The translations under genes were made by a program, and so were the position numbers. A DNA stretch of 64,000 nt, taken from a virus. Lineage: Duplodnaviria > Caudoviricetes. Under the pieces are notes generated by a model. That model did no database searches. It was not told where the DNA came from and saw nothing but the letters and a program-made list of their open reading frames with translations. Shown here piece after piece: positions 7,760 through 18,086 of this stretch; the stretch's first letter is position 1, and every line of letters begins with the position of its first letter. The stretch lies in IMG/VR virus record IMGVR_UViG_3300019742_000001. The stretch is one strand, 5' to 3'.

Positions 7760-8497
7760 TTATTCTTCTAAACGAGAAAGTAAGTAATACTTCTCACTGC
7801 CATCATTCTTTTCAAATAGTACCATACCCGCTTGTTGTTCCTCAACCCAAGTGAATTTTGCCGTAAAGTTCACAATATCGTCACCTAAAGTCTGTAACAC
7901 GGCATTAAAGTTCTTGAATTCAAAGCAAATATCAAGATTTTTTTGTTCAATTGTGTCTAATTCAAAACTGATTCCATTAGCAAATCGGTTTGTTCGGTCT
8001 GTTGTTTCTACAATAAACTTATTATCACGAACTGTAAAGTAAACTTTTTCAAATTTACCAGCAACCTTCTTAATCTTATCAAAATACTCACTTGTGTCAG
8101 CATTTATATCAAGATCATAGAAACTTGGTGTGTTCGGTTCGGCACCTGTAAACGTTGTGACGAACGTAGACATACAGAAATGTAGATTGGTCTTATGTCT
8201 ACCATCTTTCAAGGTTAATTTATCATCTGTCAGTATACCAGTGATAATTTCACTGTCAATCAAATTCAAATATGGTTTAACCTTAACATTTGGTTCGTCA
8301 AAGTTAAATTCAATATCATCTGGTATATCTGTGATGACATCATTTGGGACATTTAAGCAGATAACAACCGTGTTGTTCTGACTTCTCATCTTAGATACAA
8401 TATGTCCATTATCAACCTTTAATTGTACAGACGGTATTACATAATTCAGTGTTGCCTTTTTAATTACTTCTTGCAAGTTATTAACATTAATATTCAT
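7760..8497 (-). CDS. DNA polymerase sliding clamp (gp45-like)
   Basis: Size, alternating beta/alpha pattern and position near the clamp loader genes. Confidence 0.7.
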   Translation of the reverse strand: MNINVNNLQEVIKKATLNYVIPSVQLKVDNGHIVSKMRSQNNTVVICLNVPNDVITDIPDDIEFNFDEPNVKVKPYLNLIDSEIITGILTDDKLTLKDGRHKTNLHFCMSTFVTTFTGAEPNTPSFYDLDINADTSEYFDKIKKVAGKFEKVYFTVRDNKFIVETTDRTNRFANGISFELDTIEQKNLDICFEFKNFNAVLQTLGDDIVNFTAKFTWVEEQQAGMVLFEKNDGSEKYYLLSRLEE

Positions 8498-8565
8498 TAA
8501 TTGGGGTGTGTTTCTCCTTTAGTTGGTATATCTGGTATATTATCATTATATACCAGATATGTAAA

Positions 8566-8871
8566 TCAGTCTTCTGGTGTCCATACTTTTTCAGACATAG
8601 AAGATTTAAGTTCAATAATTTGTTGGGATAGGATAAATTGTTTCTTTACTGTACCTTTGAATTTCCTACCAAAGTACACAATTGCAACAACTGCCGCCAA
8701 GGTGAACAATGAGAATGGTTCAACCAAAACATACGCCAACCCCACACTAAATCCTACAGCAGACAAAGCACTTTTACCTTTTTCTGCCATCATAATCCGT
8801 TTGGCGTTACGTAGTTCAATTTTGACTTTCTCTTGAAACTCAGTTGATTTCTTTTTCTTGGAATTAAACAT
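8566..8871 (-). CDS. small membrane protein
   Basis: Hydrophobic hairpin flanked by basic residues. Confidence 0.55.
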   Translation of the reverse strand: MFNSKKKKSTEFQEKVKIELRNAKRIMMAEKGKSALSAVGFSVGLAYVLVEPFSLFTLAAVVAIVYFGRKFKGTVKKQFILSQQIIELKSSMSEKVWTPED

Positions 8872-9263
8872 TAGTTCTTCCTTTCAGTGAGTGATAAAGA
8901 TGCTTCTCGTTTAGAAACATCATACTTTTCCATCAGTTCTTTTATCTCAATATCACGTTGTTTTGATTCCACACTTTTCTTGGTAAACTTCAAATACCTT
9001 CTACCCTTTGGAATCATTTTTACATAATACTTGTATATCAACTCATCTGTCAAGTTAAATTGTAAATTATTGATATCATTGACGATATGTCGTAATTCAG
9101 GATCTTCACTGAGAAATAATGACAAAACAAACGCTGAAAACTCCTTGGGTTTGTATTCACAGGGAGTCTTTAATGTCACCGCATTAAGAACTTCGGTTAA
9201 ATGATTAGATTTTTTCTTTGCTGGTGACTTCTTTGCCTTTGTTTTTGTTTTTGTTTTTGTCAT
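8871..9263 (-). CDS. clamp loader small subunit (gp62-like)
   Basis: IPKGRRYLKFTKK and YDVSKREA motifs; start moved to MTKTK after an RBS. Confidence 0.65.
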   Translation of the reverse strand: MTKTKTKTKAKKSPAKKKSNHLTEVLNAVTLKTPCEYKPKEFSAFVLSLFLSEDPELRHIVNDINNLQFNLTDELIYKYYVKMIPKGRRYLKFTKKSVESKQRDIEIKELMEKYDVSKREASLSLTERKN

Positions 9264-9405
9264 ACTTTTTCTCCTTACGTTCAGGTTTGATGTTGTCATT
9301 CATTTTTTGTTGCAGAAGTTCCAACATAGCCTCAGTAACGTTAGTCTTTTTGTTCTTCTTGTGACCTTTGTAATTTTTATTCTTCTTATTCTTATTCTTA
9401 TTCAT
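9205..9405 (-). CDS. small Lys/Asn-rich protein
   Basis: Low-complexity basic ORF with RBS. Confidence 0.4.
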   Translation of the reverse strand: MNKNKNKKNKNYKGHKKNKKTNVTEAMLELLQQKMNDNIKPERKEKKYDKNKNKNKGKEVTSKEKI

Positions 9406-9417
9406 CCTATCTCCTTA

Positions 9418-9741
9418 TTATACCTCAAATAATTTGTCATCAAACATTTCAATGACGTTTTCGAATATGTGCCAAACAAGAGCACCATTGTTTTGTTGGG
9501 TCGTACCAATATACTTCAATTTATGTTCATATTTCATAGGTTTACCAGTGCCAAAAACATAAAACCTACGAGGTTTCAAGGGTTTATCGGGATCAACCAT
9601 TGCCCATAGAGTCGGACCTGATACCCAATCATGACCATACGGAAGATCTGCTGTCTGAACACACAAAATCTCAGCACCTTCTGGCATTTCTATCTCTTGA
9701 AAATCTGTTATTTCCATTGGATATTTGTAAATAACACTCAT
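9418..9741 (-). CDS. conserved phage hypothetical protein
   Basis: IYKYP...EILCVQ...LWAMVDP...GTG pattern common in phages. Confidence 0.6.
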   Translation of the reverse strand: MSVIYKYPMEITDFQEIEMPEGAEILCVQTADLPYGHDWVSGPTLWAMVDPDKPLKPRRFYVFGTGKPMKYEHKLKYIGTTQQNNGALVWHIFENVIEMFDDKLFEV

Positions 9742-9962
9742 TAAAAATACTCCTCTTCATCAAAACCAAATCGTTTCTTGTATATTTTGTTCAAACTATT
9801 CCACCGAGTATTACATACGTTCATACCAACATATCCAACTACTGTTGGTATTAACCATAACGAATTACTTAAACCAATTGCAAAACAACATACAAATGAT
9901 ACTAAAGTTAATGTTGCTAATATTTGACCCTGTGTACGTAATCGATTTAGTTTGTTAATCAT
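9741..9962 (-). CDS. small membrane protein
   Basis: Two hydrophobic segments. Confidence 0.5.
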   Translation of the reverse strand: MINKLNRLRTQGQILATLTLVSFVCCFAIGLSNSLWLIPTVVGYVGMNVCNTRWNSLNKIYKKRFGFDEEEYF

Positions 9963-9965
9963 TGG

Positions 9966-10883
9966 TTATATAACTCCTGTGGATAACATTTCAAAATACA
10001 TCGCCATAAAATTGATCTCACGATTAGATACGATGTTGTCTCTGTAATCGTGGTTACCTACCAATAAAATAGCCTTACCATCATTCTTAAATACCGTATC
10101 TTCTACCATTAACGCAGTATAGATGTGTTTGTACAATCCAGTATAGTCAATTTGATGTGACTTCAATACTACACGAACTGCCTCTGGATCACCAGCAATC
10201 ATTTTCTCAAGAACTTCCTGATACACACCATCACTGGCAGACATCTTAATGTTACTTTGGAGTTCTCCATCAATGATGTTTTCTCTCAATACAACCATTA
10301 CTTTACGAATGTCTGGTCTACGCTTCCAAATAGTCTTCACAAGATCAACAACAACCTTCTTGTCATATTTGATACCTTCTGCATCAAGAACAGACCAAGC
10401 TCTCTTCACCACTTGTATTGCAGGTGGATTAGATAACTCAATAAATTGACACCGTGAATCAAGTTCATCCATCATCTTATGAACATAGTTACAACAGAAG
10501 ATGAATCTGGTACGTAATTGAACTTTTTCCATAAGGTCACGTAACATGGCTTGTGCGTTAAGTGATAGGTAATCTGCTTCGTTTAGGAAGACAATCTTCA
10601 TTGCTCCATCCATACTACCAGCTTGAGCGAATGATTTTACTCTGTCACGAACAACATCAATACCTGTTTCATCTGAACAGTTAATCTTTAATATATCAAG
10701 ACCTTTGGTTCGTTTCAGAACATCAACAAATGTTCCTTTACCAGTTCCGGGGGGTCCGTACAATACCATATTTGGCAATTCATCTAAAGCCTTTTTCAAT
10801 TTCGGTCGTACTTCATCAGTCAAAATCATTTCATCAAATGTTTTTGGCATATATTTAAATTCTAACAACTCGGTTTCTTGCAT
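9966..10883 (-). CDS. clamp loader large subunit (gp44/RFC-like AAA+)
   Basis: GPPGTGKG, Walker B variant LNEAD, sensor motif SRC. Confidence 0.9.
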   Translation of the reverse strand: MQETELLEFKYMPKTFDEMILTDEVRPKLKKALDELPNMVLYGPPGTGKGTFVDVLKRTKGLDILKINCSDETGIDVVRDRVKSFAQAGSMDGAMKIVFLNEADYLSLNAQAMLRDLMEKVQLRTRFIFCCNYVHKMMDELDSRCQFIELSNPPAIQVVKRAWSVLDAEGIKYDKKVVVDLVKTIWKRRPDIRKVMVVLRENIIDGELQSNIKMSASDGVYQEVLEKMIAGDPEAVRVVLKSHQIDYTGLYKHIYTALMVEDTVFKNDGKAILLVGNHDYRDNIVSNREINFMAMYFEMLSTGVI

Positions 10884-10899
10884 GTATATCCCCTTTTTA

Positions 10900-11172
10900 T
10901 TAATCTACTGCGTCTTTTAGAATATCGGATGGTTTAAATGTAGGCACTGATTTCGCTCTAATATGAACAGATTGACCAGTTTTAGGATTACGTCCTTTTC
11001 TTGGTGCTCGTTGTTTAACAATAAAATTACCGAATCCAGATATGGTTACTTTATCATCTTCAACCAATCCTTGGATAATACCATCAAATACGGCATCAAC
11101 TGTATGCTTTACATCTTTCTTATACGCACCTGTTTTTTCTGACACGTAATCAACTAATTCTGACTTATTCAT
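10900..11172 (-). CDS. hup: HU/IHF family DNA-binding protein
   Basis: MNKSELV...GFGNF..KQRAPRKGRNPKTG...PTFKPS. Confidence 0.92.
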   Translation of the reverse strand: MNKSELVDYVSEKTGAYKKDVKHTVDAVFDGIIQGLVEDDKVTISGFGNFIVKQRAPRKGRNPKTGQSVHIRAKSVPTFKPSDILKDAVD

Positions 11173-11237
11173 TTCCTTTCTCCTATGTGATCTTTATTTT
11201 AGTAATAATACCAACGATTAACAGATATGTAAACGTG

Positions 11238-11414
11238 TTAGTCAATATCATTTTTATTATGTTTTTGTTTACGATTATATTTCTTTTTATCTTTATGGGG
11301 TCTGGTTGGAGGTGCAGTAGGTAACCTTACGGAATCTATAGGCTTTTTTACTTTGTCTTTGTTCTTTATTTTCAGGAATTCTTGTATCTTTTCCTGAATA
11401 TTTTGATGACTCAT
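11238..11414 (-). CDS. small basic protein (58 aa, not in ORF track)
   Basis: Translated by hand: MSHQNIQEK...PTAPPTRPHKDKKKYNRKQKHNKNDID*. Confidence 0.55.
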   Translation of the reverse strand: MSHQNIQEKIQEFLKIKNKDKVKKPIDSVRLPTAPPTRPHKDKKKYNRKQKHNKNDID

Positions 11415-11964
11415 TATAACTCTCTTTCTTATACGAAAAGGGATGCAACCGTCATCGCATCCCTTCTCTCTTCTAATTTCTCTAGTATTAGTATACTCAC
11501 ACTTCTCTATTATAGTTATGTATATAAGTGTAGTATACTCTCTCTTCTAATATGATCTAAGTGTCTCTCTGACTGTATCTTAGATCGTAAGGGTAAGAAT
11601 TTTTTATATTAAAGTCCTTGTTATCTCCTGACCCAAAACTTTCGACCAAGGACTTTGATAGTCTATCTTTTGTTGATCAACGGTGATACCAAGTTTGTCA
11701 GCGCTAACTAACTTCGTATCCAATAGATCTCTATAGTAACAAACACTGTTCATATTGTAAACATAAAAAAATCCGATTTTTCTTTTGTTGGAGGAAAAAT
11801 CGGAAAAAAACTCTTATGTCAACAGCATCTATGCTGTTAAGGAGGTTTGGAGGTGATACCTTCACCTATTAGGTTGATCTAAGCCTTTATAGACTCAACT
11901 TAAAAGGGATTTTTAAGGAAAATCCCCGAACCAATCACAAGTATTTATATTAATTACATTATTT

Positions 11965-12147
11965 TCAAAATTCTTCTTCTAACCATAAAATATATTCCCC
12001 TCCTGTTTTAACAACAACACAATCTTTGTTCTTATATCTCACTGAATGGGTTTCTTTCTTGGCGTTAAATTTTGGGGTTCGTTTGATCGTATCAACAACA
12101 TCGTGACGATACGGACGAATACAAACAAATACATCTACTGATTTCAT
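11965..12147 (-). CDS. hypothetical protein
   Basis: 60 aa ORF. Confidence 0.5.
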   Translation of the reverse strand: MKSVDVFVCIRPYRHDVVDTIKRTPKFNAKKETHSVRYKNKDCVVVKTGGEYILWLEEEF

Positions 12148-12211
12148 AATTTTTCCTTTGGTTAAGAGTTAATAGATGAATATGATACCAAGGTTACACC
12201 CAATTGTAACC

Positions 12212-12568
12212 TCAATATACTACAGCATATCCTTCTTCTATCATCTTTTCGTTGATGTTTATTAAACCATCTTCACCATCAACATAAATGTTTCCTAATG
12301 TTCTTCCATACTTACCACCTTTATTATAGGTAGTTTCTAATGTTATGACATTACCGTGATCTTCTAATAATTGAGTTAACCACTCTGTTGACTCAATACC
12401 TTTTGCCTTTTCCACTAAATCTTTTGTTCTGGATTCTGGTGCGTCTAACCCCAACAATCGTACATGTTCATCCTTCATCCACAAATCGAATCCAAGATCA
12501 ATGTCACACACAATCGTATCGCCATCTATCACACGAACAATATTTGCTTTATACAGATAAAAATTCAT
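12212..12568 (-). CDS. thermonuclease (SNase-like)
   Basis: VRVIDGDT, VRLLGLDAPE, GKYGRTLG. Confidence 0.88.
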   Translation of the reverse strand: MNFYLYKANIVRVIDGDTIVCDIDLGFDLWMKDEHVRLLGLDAPESRTKDLVEKAKGIESTEWLTQLLEDHGNVITLETTYNKGGKYGRTLGNIYVDGEDGLININEKMIEEGYAVVY

Positions 12569-12840
12569 TAGTCTTCACCATACGGTTTTACATCTTCACC
12601 ACGACCCTTTGCCGCCTTAAAGTCCTTCCAATACTGTGAAGTTTCACCTGTCCAATCACACATATCAGTCTTATTGTCGTATTTCAATTCAAAGGAACCA
12701 AATGCTGGCTTCTTAACCATCAGTTTACCACACTCAGGACAAATATCTTCTGGATCTTCACCATAACGTAGAAAAACATCCTCCTTTAATATTCTACAAT
12801 CCCAACAAATGACATCACACAAAACTTTTCTAGCCATACC
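12568..12840 (-). CDS. FmdB-like zinc-ribbon protein
   Basis: CWDC ... CPECG ... F.LK; start moved to MARKV. Confidence 0.6.
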   Translation of the reverse strand, partial: GMARKVLCDVICWDCRILKEDVFLRYGEDPEDICPECGKLMVKKPAFGSFELKYDNKTDMCDWTGETSQYWKDFKAAKGRGEDVKPYGED

Positions 12841-13031
12841 TAATCTCCTTTTGAGTATCCACCAGCAAACCATCCACCACCTGTAAGCTCAAAACTTCCA
12901 ATGCTTGGTATCTTTACTGATAAACATCCACATTCTTCACATTCAATTTCTCTTATATCACTTTCACTTATTTTCATTCTATGTCCTTCTATGTGTCCAC
13001 AAGACGAACATTTATATTCATATACAGGCAT
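12840..13031 (-). CDS. FmdB family zinc-ribbon protein
   Basis: MPVYEYKCSSCG ... CEECG ... F.L.GGGW. Confidence 0.85.
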   Translation of the reverse strand: MPVYEYKCSSCGHIEGHRMKISESDIREIECEECGCLSVKIPSIGSFELTGGGWFAGGYSKGD

Positions 13032-13046
13032 AAACACCCTCCAACA

Positions 13047-13874
13047 TTAACAAATTTCATCCAAATAACTATCTATTTGTCTTATTACATTTTCTATACT
13101 TGATTCAGGATCATGATAAACTGACTTAGATTTGTCGTTATTAAAATGATATAATCCTTGTTCTTTATATTGACCCACTTGTTCACCCCATGATATCACA
13201 GGAACTTCTTGTAAATTAGCTATAGCCGCCCAGTGAGAACAAGGTGTAATGACAGCCTTTGCATTTGTTATAGCAGTTACTATCTTTTGATACCCATTAT
13301 GTAAATAATCAACCGTTTGTAGAACTTCATTCTGTTCTGCCAAGTGACACTTCATATCACCTATAACAGCAAACTTACAAGTTGTCTGTAAGTAATTATA
13401 TATGGTTATGGCATCCTCTTCACTCATAGTTTCATCAGGTATGAATACAACATATCCTTTTCTCTTAGAAATAGGAACCTGTATCTTCTCAAATATCTTG
13501 TGATAGATAGATACAGGCGGTATATATTTTACATATGGTAATGATTGTTGATTTATATCCTTTTTTATACATCCTACCTTGTCGGCAATATGATCTTTGT
13601 ACACACGAATCAATGACATAAAATCACGTTGGTCTACATCTTTATGACTGTAACCTGTTTGATGTATCTCTTGTCGTGTTAACTGTTTGTATACTGGAAC
13701 ATACTTTGATGGTGTTACTTGTGGATATAAAAATTTTCTATTAAAATGAGAGGAATAGTATACTAATTTAGTATCAGTATTCTGTTCAATCCACCTCATG
13801 TGTGGTCTAAATGTAAGTATTTCTTGTTTAAATGATCCTATGAATGGACCTAATGCTAATACATTTTTACTCAC
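13047..13874 (-). CDS. glycosyltransferase family 9-like protein
   Basis: C-terminal AKAVITPCSHWAAIANLQEVPVISWG resembles the GT9 D/S-G-x-x-H-x-A...P region. Confidence 0.5.
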   Translation of the reverse strand: MSKNVLALGPFIGSFKQEILTFRPHMRWIEQNTDTKLVYYSSHFNRKFLYPQVTPSKYVPVYKQLTRQEIHQTGYSHKDVDQRDFMSLIRVYKDHIADKVGCIKKDINQQSLPYVKYIPPVSIYHKIFEKIQVPISKRKGYVVFIPDETMSEEDAITIYNYLQTTCKFAVIGDMKCHLAEQNEVLQTVDYLHNGYQKIVTAITNAKAVITPCSHWAAIANLQEVPVISWGEQVGQYKEQGLYHFNNDKSKSVYHDPESSIENVIRQIDSYLDEIC

Positions 13875-13884
13875 GAATTATCCC

Positions 13885-14355
13885 TTATACTATAATTAGA
13901 TTTCCTGACCATTTTTCATAAGGTTCAGGATTCTCATTGTACATCTTTTCTGAAACTATAATAACTTCTAAGTTAGATAGCACATCTTCTAATGCAATAC
14001 TAAACACAAATACTTTCTCAAATGGGTTTAGTTTGGTGGTATCCAATAATACTTTATTATTTCTCTTAAAAAATGATATCAAACTATCCTTTTCAGTGTT
14101 TGATACATAATACTTCTTGTTTGTCTTTTTAAAAACATCATTATAAAATCTTATATTATCGTCAATTACAAACCTATTTACTGATTTGTATGTAGTCAAC
14201 ACATATTGTAACTTATCATAAGTAGGTTCTTTAAAATCCAGTTTTATAATATGAATACGAGGTATAGACAACAATTTTGCATCGGCAATGTTTGATTCGT
14301 TCATACGAACATAATCACTACCCATTTTTGTCATTTTCATTACATTTTCCTCCAA
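13885..14355 (-). CDS. hypothetical protein
   Basis: 156 aa; TATAAATA at 14375-14382 upstream. Confidence 0.6.
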   Translation of the reverse strand: MEENVMKMTKMGSDYVRMNESNIADAKLLSIPRIHIIKLDFKEPTYDKLQYVLTTYKSVNRFVIDDNIRFYNDVFKKTNKKYYVSNTEKDSLISFFKRNNKVLLDTTKLNPFEKVFVFSIALEDVLSNLEVIIVSEKMYNENPEPYEKWSGNLIIV

Positions 14356-14385
14356 ATTATACTCTATTTGGAAGTATTTATAATA

Positions 14386-15411
14386 TTATAACAGGTTTTT
14401 CATAATTATTGAGGATTTAAAGTGTGTCATTGAATTCTCTACAACAAAATCATACATATTAACATCTTTATGTTTGATCTTATAGTCATTCAAGTCTTTA
14501 AAATCATTGTCTGGCATAAAGAAATATCGTAATCTACCAGAATGTTTACAAGTTTCTATGATTTTCTTGTAGTTCTCAAACCCTGACTTGTCTGTATACG
14601 GATTATCAAGTGCTACTATAACACCTTTTCTTGTTAATGGTAACAGATGTTCTAAAAAAATATCAGATATGGATGCCCCTAAACACGATGTACCTTGATC
14701 ATACTCAATCATAAATGCATCAATCAATCCTTCGGTGATTATAATATACTTCTCAGGATCAAAATTCTCTTTGTTTAGTATGATATTTTCTTTGATGACA
14801 ACAGGGTTAAAATATTTAGGTTCAATACTGTCATTCATTGCACGACCCTGAAAATAGACCATTACTCCGTTCTCATATACTGGTACAATGTAACGATTTT
14901 TATACTTACCTGAATGTGCTACCATTATGTTTCTTCTGGTAGGTATCCATCTGTCAACATACAAACGCTTCAACAAGTTATGATATTGGATCTCTATCCT
15001 ACCCTCTGGTGTGTCTGTCAGTGACAACACATCCTTCAAGTCAAGGTCAAGTTCCCCTACATCATCTTGTTCGTCTACAAATACCTTCTTCTTGTCCAGA
15101 CGTTGTTTAATCCGTTCACTGTTATACTTCTTCTCTTGTAATTCGTTGTTGGCTTCTTTCCAATCACAACCCATAACGTGAGAATACAACGATTGAATAT
15201 TACCTGAACTCTCTGGACAATCCCCGTTGTAACACTTGTAGACCCATTCATCATACTTGTGATAATAGTCTACATGACATCTACGTTTGTTTGGGTTTCG
15301 TTTTGAATCTCCACATATAGGACAACGCAACACATAACCATCACCGTTACGTTTTACCTTGTTACAATTACTATAAAGAAATTCTTCCACACGGTATCGT
15401 TCAACTGCCAT
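14386..15411 (-). CDS. DNA primase (gp61-like)
   Basis: CPICGDS zinc finger and TOPRIM motifs TEGLIDA and ALDN. Confidence 0.9.
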   Translation of the reverse strand: MAVERYRVEEFLYSNCNKVKRNGDGYVLRCPICGDSKRNPNKRRCHVDYYHKYDEWVYKCYNGDCPESSGNIQSLYSHVMGCDWKEANNELQEKKYNSERIKQRLDKKKVFVDEQDDVGELDLDLKDVLSLTDTPEGRIEIQYHNLLKRLYVDRWIPTRRNIMVAHSGKYKNRYIVPVYENGVMVYFQGRAMNDSIEPKYFNPVVIKENIILNKENFDPEKYIIITEGLIDAFMIEYDQGTSCLGASISDIFLEHLLPLTRKGVIVALDNPYTDKSGFENYKKIIETCKHSGRLRYFFMPDNDFKDLNDYKIKHKDVNMYDFVVENSMTHFKSSIIMKNLL

Positions 15412-15637
15412 TTAATTCAATATATCCTCTTCGATAGTATTTTCTCTTAGTTTTAACTATAATACCACCGTCAAAGTCTAATGACAACATCAAATCTTTT
15501 CTTTCCATATTAACTTCATTCATAAGTATCTGAAATCTCTTTGCTTGTACTATGGCATCAGGCAAAGAAAAAGCCACGAAATAACGTGGCCAAATCTGTG
15601 TGTTTTTTATTGTGTTTTCGAATTTGTATACATTCAT
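15401..15637 (-). CDS. hypothetical protein
   Basis: 78 aa ORF. Confidence 0.5.
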   Translation of the reverse strand: MNVYKFENTIKNTQIWPRYFVAFSLPDAIVQAKRFQILMNEVNMERKDLMLSLDFDGGIIVKTKRKYYRRGYIELNGS

Positions 15638-15814
15638 TTATCTTTCCGTGAAATGTACACAATCAAATTCTACTGGTGTGTACAAAGATGATTTTTTTTC
15701 AGTAGTTGGTACAAACAACTCCCATTCACATTCTCTCAAAGATCCATTTTCTACATAATTTCCACAGTTTCTACATAATGAGGTTTTATTTATTTCACTG
15801 TTCGGTAATAACAT
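15638..15814 (-). CDS. small Cys-containing protein
   Basis: CRNC...C...C; start probably MLLPN. Confidence 0.45.
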   Translation of the reverse strand: MLLPNSEINKTSLCRNCGNYVENGSLRECEWELFVPTTEKKSSLYTPVEFDCVHFTER

Positions 15815-16088
15815 AATCTTTCGCATCTCTCCGAATTTTATCTTGTATCTCAACACTAAAAAGATCATAAAATTGTTGAATATCTTCTTCGTCTTCAATA
15901 CCAAACCAATCCATCATAAACATTGCTGTCTCTGTAGGGGTATCCGTCAAACCTTTTTCTAATATCCCATTATAAACCTTGCTAATAGAACGTTTTAATA
16001 ATTGTGATACTGCTTGTCTGGAAATCCCCAATTCACGGGCAATTTCGGAACCTGACATTGATTGAACGTAGTTGATATTATCTACCAT
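15795..16088 (-). CDS. helix-turn-helix protein (sigma region 4-like)
   Basis: MSGSEIARELGISRQAVSQLLKR. Confidence 0.75.
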   Translation of the reverse strand: MVDNINYVQSMSGSEIARELGISRQAVSQLLKRSISKVYNGILEKGLTDTPTETAMFMMDWFGIEDEEDIQQFYDLFSVEIQDKIRRDAKDYVITEQ

Positions 16089-16154
16089 ATTATACTCCTA
16101 TGTATTTATCAGAGTTACCACCACAAGTTAATAATGACTTGTGGTGGTAATTGA

Positions 16155-18065
16155 TTAAATGAACTCACATGCATTTGCTGTACAAGCAAACTCTCTTGTT
16201 CCTTCCGATGAATCAGTCATTTCATACAATGCCAACTCAGTCCAATCGATGTCTTTAGGCATATTTTCTACAAATTCATTGTAATATTCCTCCGTACACT
16301 CAGTGTATGGTGATTGTGGAATGGAATTACTCTCTTTCGGTAGAAATGATACACCTGATATGATATCAAAGTGTTCATATACCCAAGCACCTACTGTTAA
16401 CCATTCATGTTCTTTTACATACACTGTTATTGACGGTTTGTGTTCACAGTATTGTTCTTGGTAAATTTTCCATAGTTCCAACTGTTCAATTGCACCTCTG
16501 TCATCAGTAAATACAGATGTTTCTGGTGATTTAATTGGGAACGAGAATACATAACCTGTGTCTGGTTTCATATCATCATCTTCTACTGGAAAACCTTTAT
16601 CCACCATCATTTGAGCAATTGGGTCTTTCTTGTCTGCCCTAACAGTTCGGATATAGTATTGACTGAATCGTGGATGAATACCCGATGCAGAGTCAACTAA
16701 TTGAGATACCGTTCCTGACGGTTTTACACAAGTAATAGCTGTTGCTCTATTAACACCCAATCTGTCAGCCCAAATCTTGTTTGTCTCAATGGCGGTTTCT
16801 TTTAACTCAGACAACCATTCTTTTAGAGTATCGTGACCTTCTGAACCATTCAAGGTTACATTGTCCATGATACCTGTTAAAGAGACTCCCAATAACCGTT
16901 CTTCATCACAATTCTTCTTCCATATAGAGGAAAGGTATCGAAACTTTGTCAAGGTACTCTGTAACGTACCAAGGATTGTAGCTAGTTTGATCTTTTCTTT
17001 CAGTGTCTCAAGTGTATCTTCACTCCTAACAACAACTTCGGTTAAATTACAAAAAGATTTACTTCTCAGGACAATTTCTGAACACGGATTACAACCGAAA
17101 TCAGTATGACCTAACTCTTTTCGACGGTCTGGTTGTTGATTAATAGCAGCTTCACGATTAAAGATACCTCTTTCCCCACATTTAGATTCATACAGAGATT
17201 TCCATTCATCCATAAAAATACCAATGTCTGGTTTCTCGGTATAACAAACTGAATTGTTTGCCAAGGCTCGTTGTGGTTCACCTACCCACCATTGACCCTG
17301 TTTCGCATTTCTCATTCGTTGATCTGTTAAGTTTGACAATGAGATCAGAGCAGATCGTCTTACACCACCTACAACAACAATGTCAGCTATCTTACACATC
17401 AAGTCGTGACATTCAAGAGAATTCAATTTACGACCTCTTGCGTCAACAAACAATTTAATCGTAAAGTTGAACAAATCAACTAAAGGTTTTGGTCCTGAAG
17501 CACGTCCACCAAATGTCTTTAGTTTTGCCCCTGCTGGACGAACTTTAGATACATCCCATTTAGGTATCATACCTTGATATAACAAGGAAATCAACTGTCT
17601 AAGTGATGATGCCCAACCAATCTTCGAATCAGACACTACAAGTATGGTATCTGTTTGATGAAATTCTTCCGAAATTTCAGGTAGTTGGTTGATATATTGT
17701 CGTTCTACAGAAAACCCAAGACCTGTACCACACATCAAAATGTACATTGTCTCATCAAATACTCTTGGGCTGTCTACAGCAACATATGAACAGTTATAAC
17801 CAGCAACGTGATCACGGTCAAGAGCTTTACCTGCTGTCATCATTGACCTCATAGAAGGCATAATATCTGTATCAAAAACACCCTTTCTGAGTTCATCCCA
17901 AATACTATTACTAATATCTGGATGTCTTTCTTTCCAATAGGTAATCAATCTATCGACTGTTTCATCCCATTCTTCCCTTCGTTTTAACTCTTCATTCCAT
18001 TTAGCATATCTACTCTTATGTATAAACTTAGAGTATTCTGCTGTATTAAGTTTGTCCAATGACAT
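16155..18065 (-). CDS. nrdJ: class II (B12-dependent) ribonucleotide reductase
   Basis: NCSY, VVVGGVRRSALISLS, GCNPCSEI, CNLTEV, TCVKPSGTVSQL, C-terminal CTANACE. Confidence 0.95.
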   Translation of the reverse strand: MSLDKLNTAEYSKFIHKSRYAKWNEELKRREEWDETVDRLITYWKERHPDISNSIWDELRKGVFDTDIMPSMRSMMTAGKALDRDHVAGYNCSYVAVDSPRVFDETMYILMCGTGLGFSVERQYINQLPEISEEFHQTDTILVVSDSKIGWASSLRQLISLLYQGMIPKWDVSKVRPAGAKLKTFGGRASGPKPLVDLFNFTIKLFVDARGRKLNSLECHDLMCKIADIVVVGGVRRSALISLSNLTDQRMRNAKQGQWWVGEPQRALANNSVCYTEKPDIGIFMDEWKSLYESKCGERGIFNREAAINQQPDRRKELGHTDFGCNPCSEIVLRSKSFCNLTEVVVRSEDTLETLKEKIKLATILGTLQSTLTKFRYLSSIWKKNCDEERLLGVSLTGIMDNVTLNGSEGHDTLKEWLSELKETAIETNKIWADRLGVNRATAITCVKPSGTVSQLVDSASGIHPRFSQYYIRTVRADKKDPIAQMMVDKGFPVEDDDMKPDTGYVFSFPIKSPETSVFTDDRGAIEQLELWKIYQEQYCEHKPSITVYVKEHEWLTVGAWVYEHFDIISGVSFLPKESNSIPQSPYTECTEEYYNEFVENMPKDIDWTELALYEMTDSSEGTREFACTANACEFI

Positions 18066-18086
18066 ATAACATGTCCTCCAAAATTA

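Noticed and set aside
16155-18065. Intron or intein in nrdJ, ligA or uvsX
   Set aside because: The ORFs are continuous and of normal length, with no splicing motifs seen
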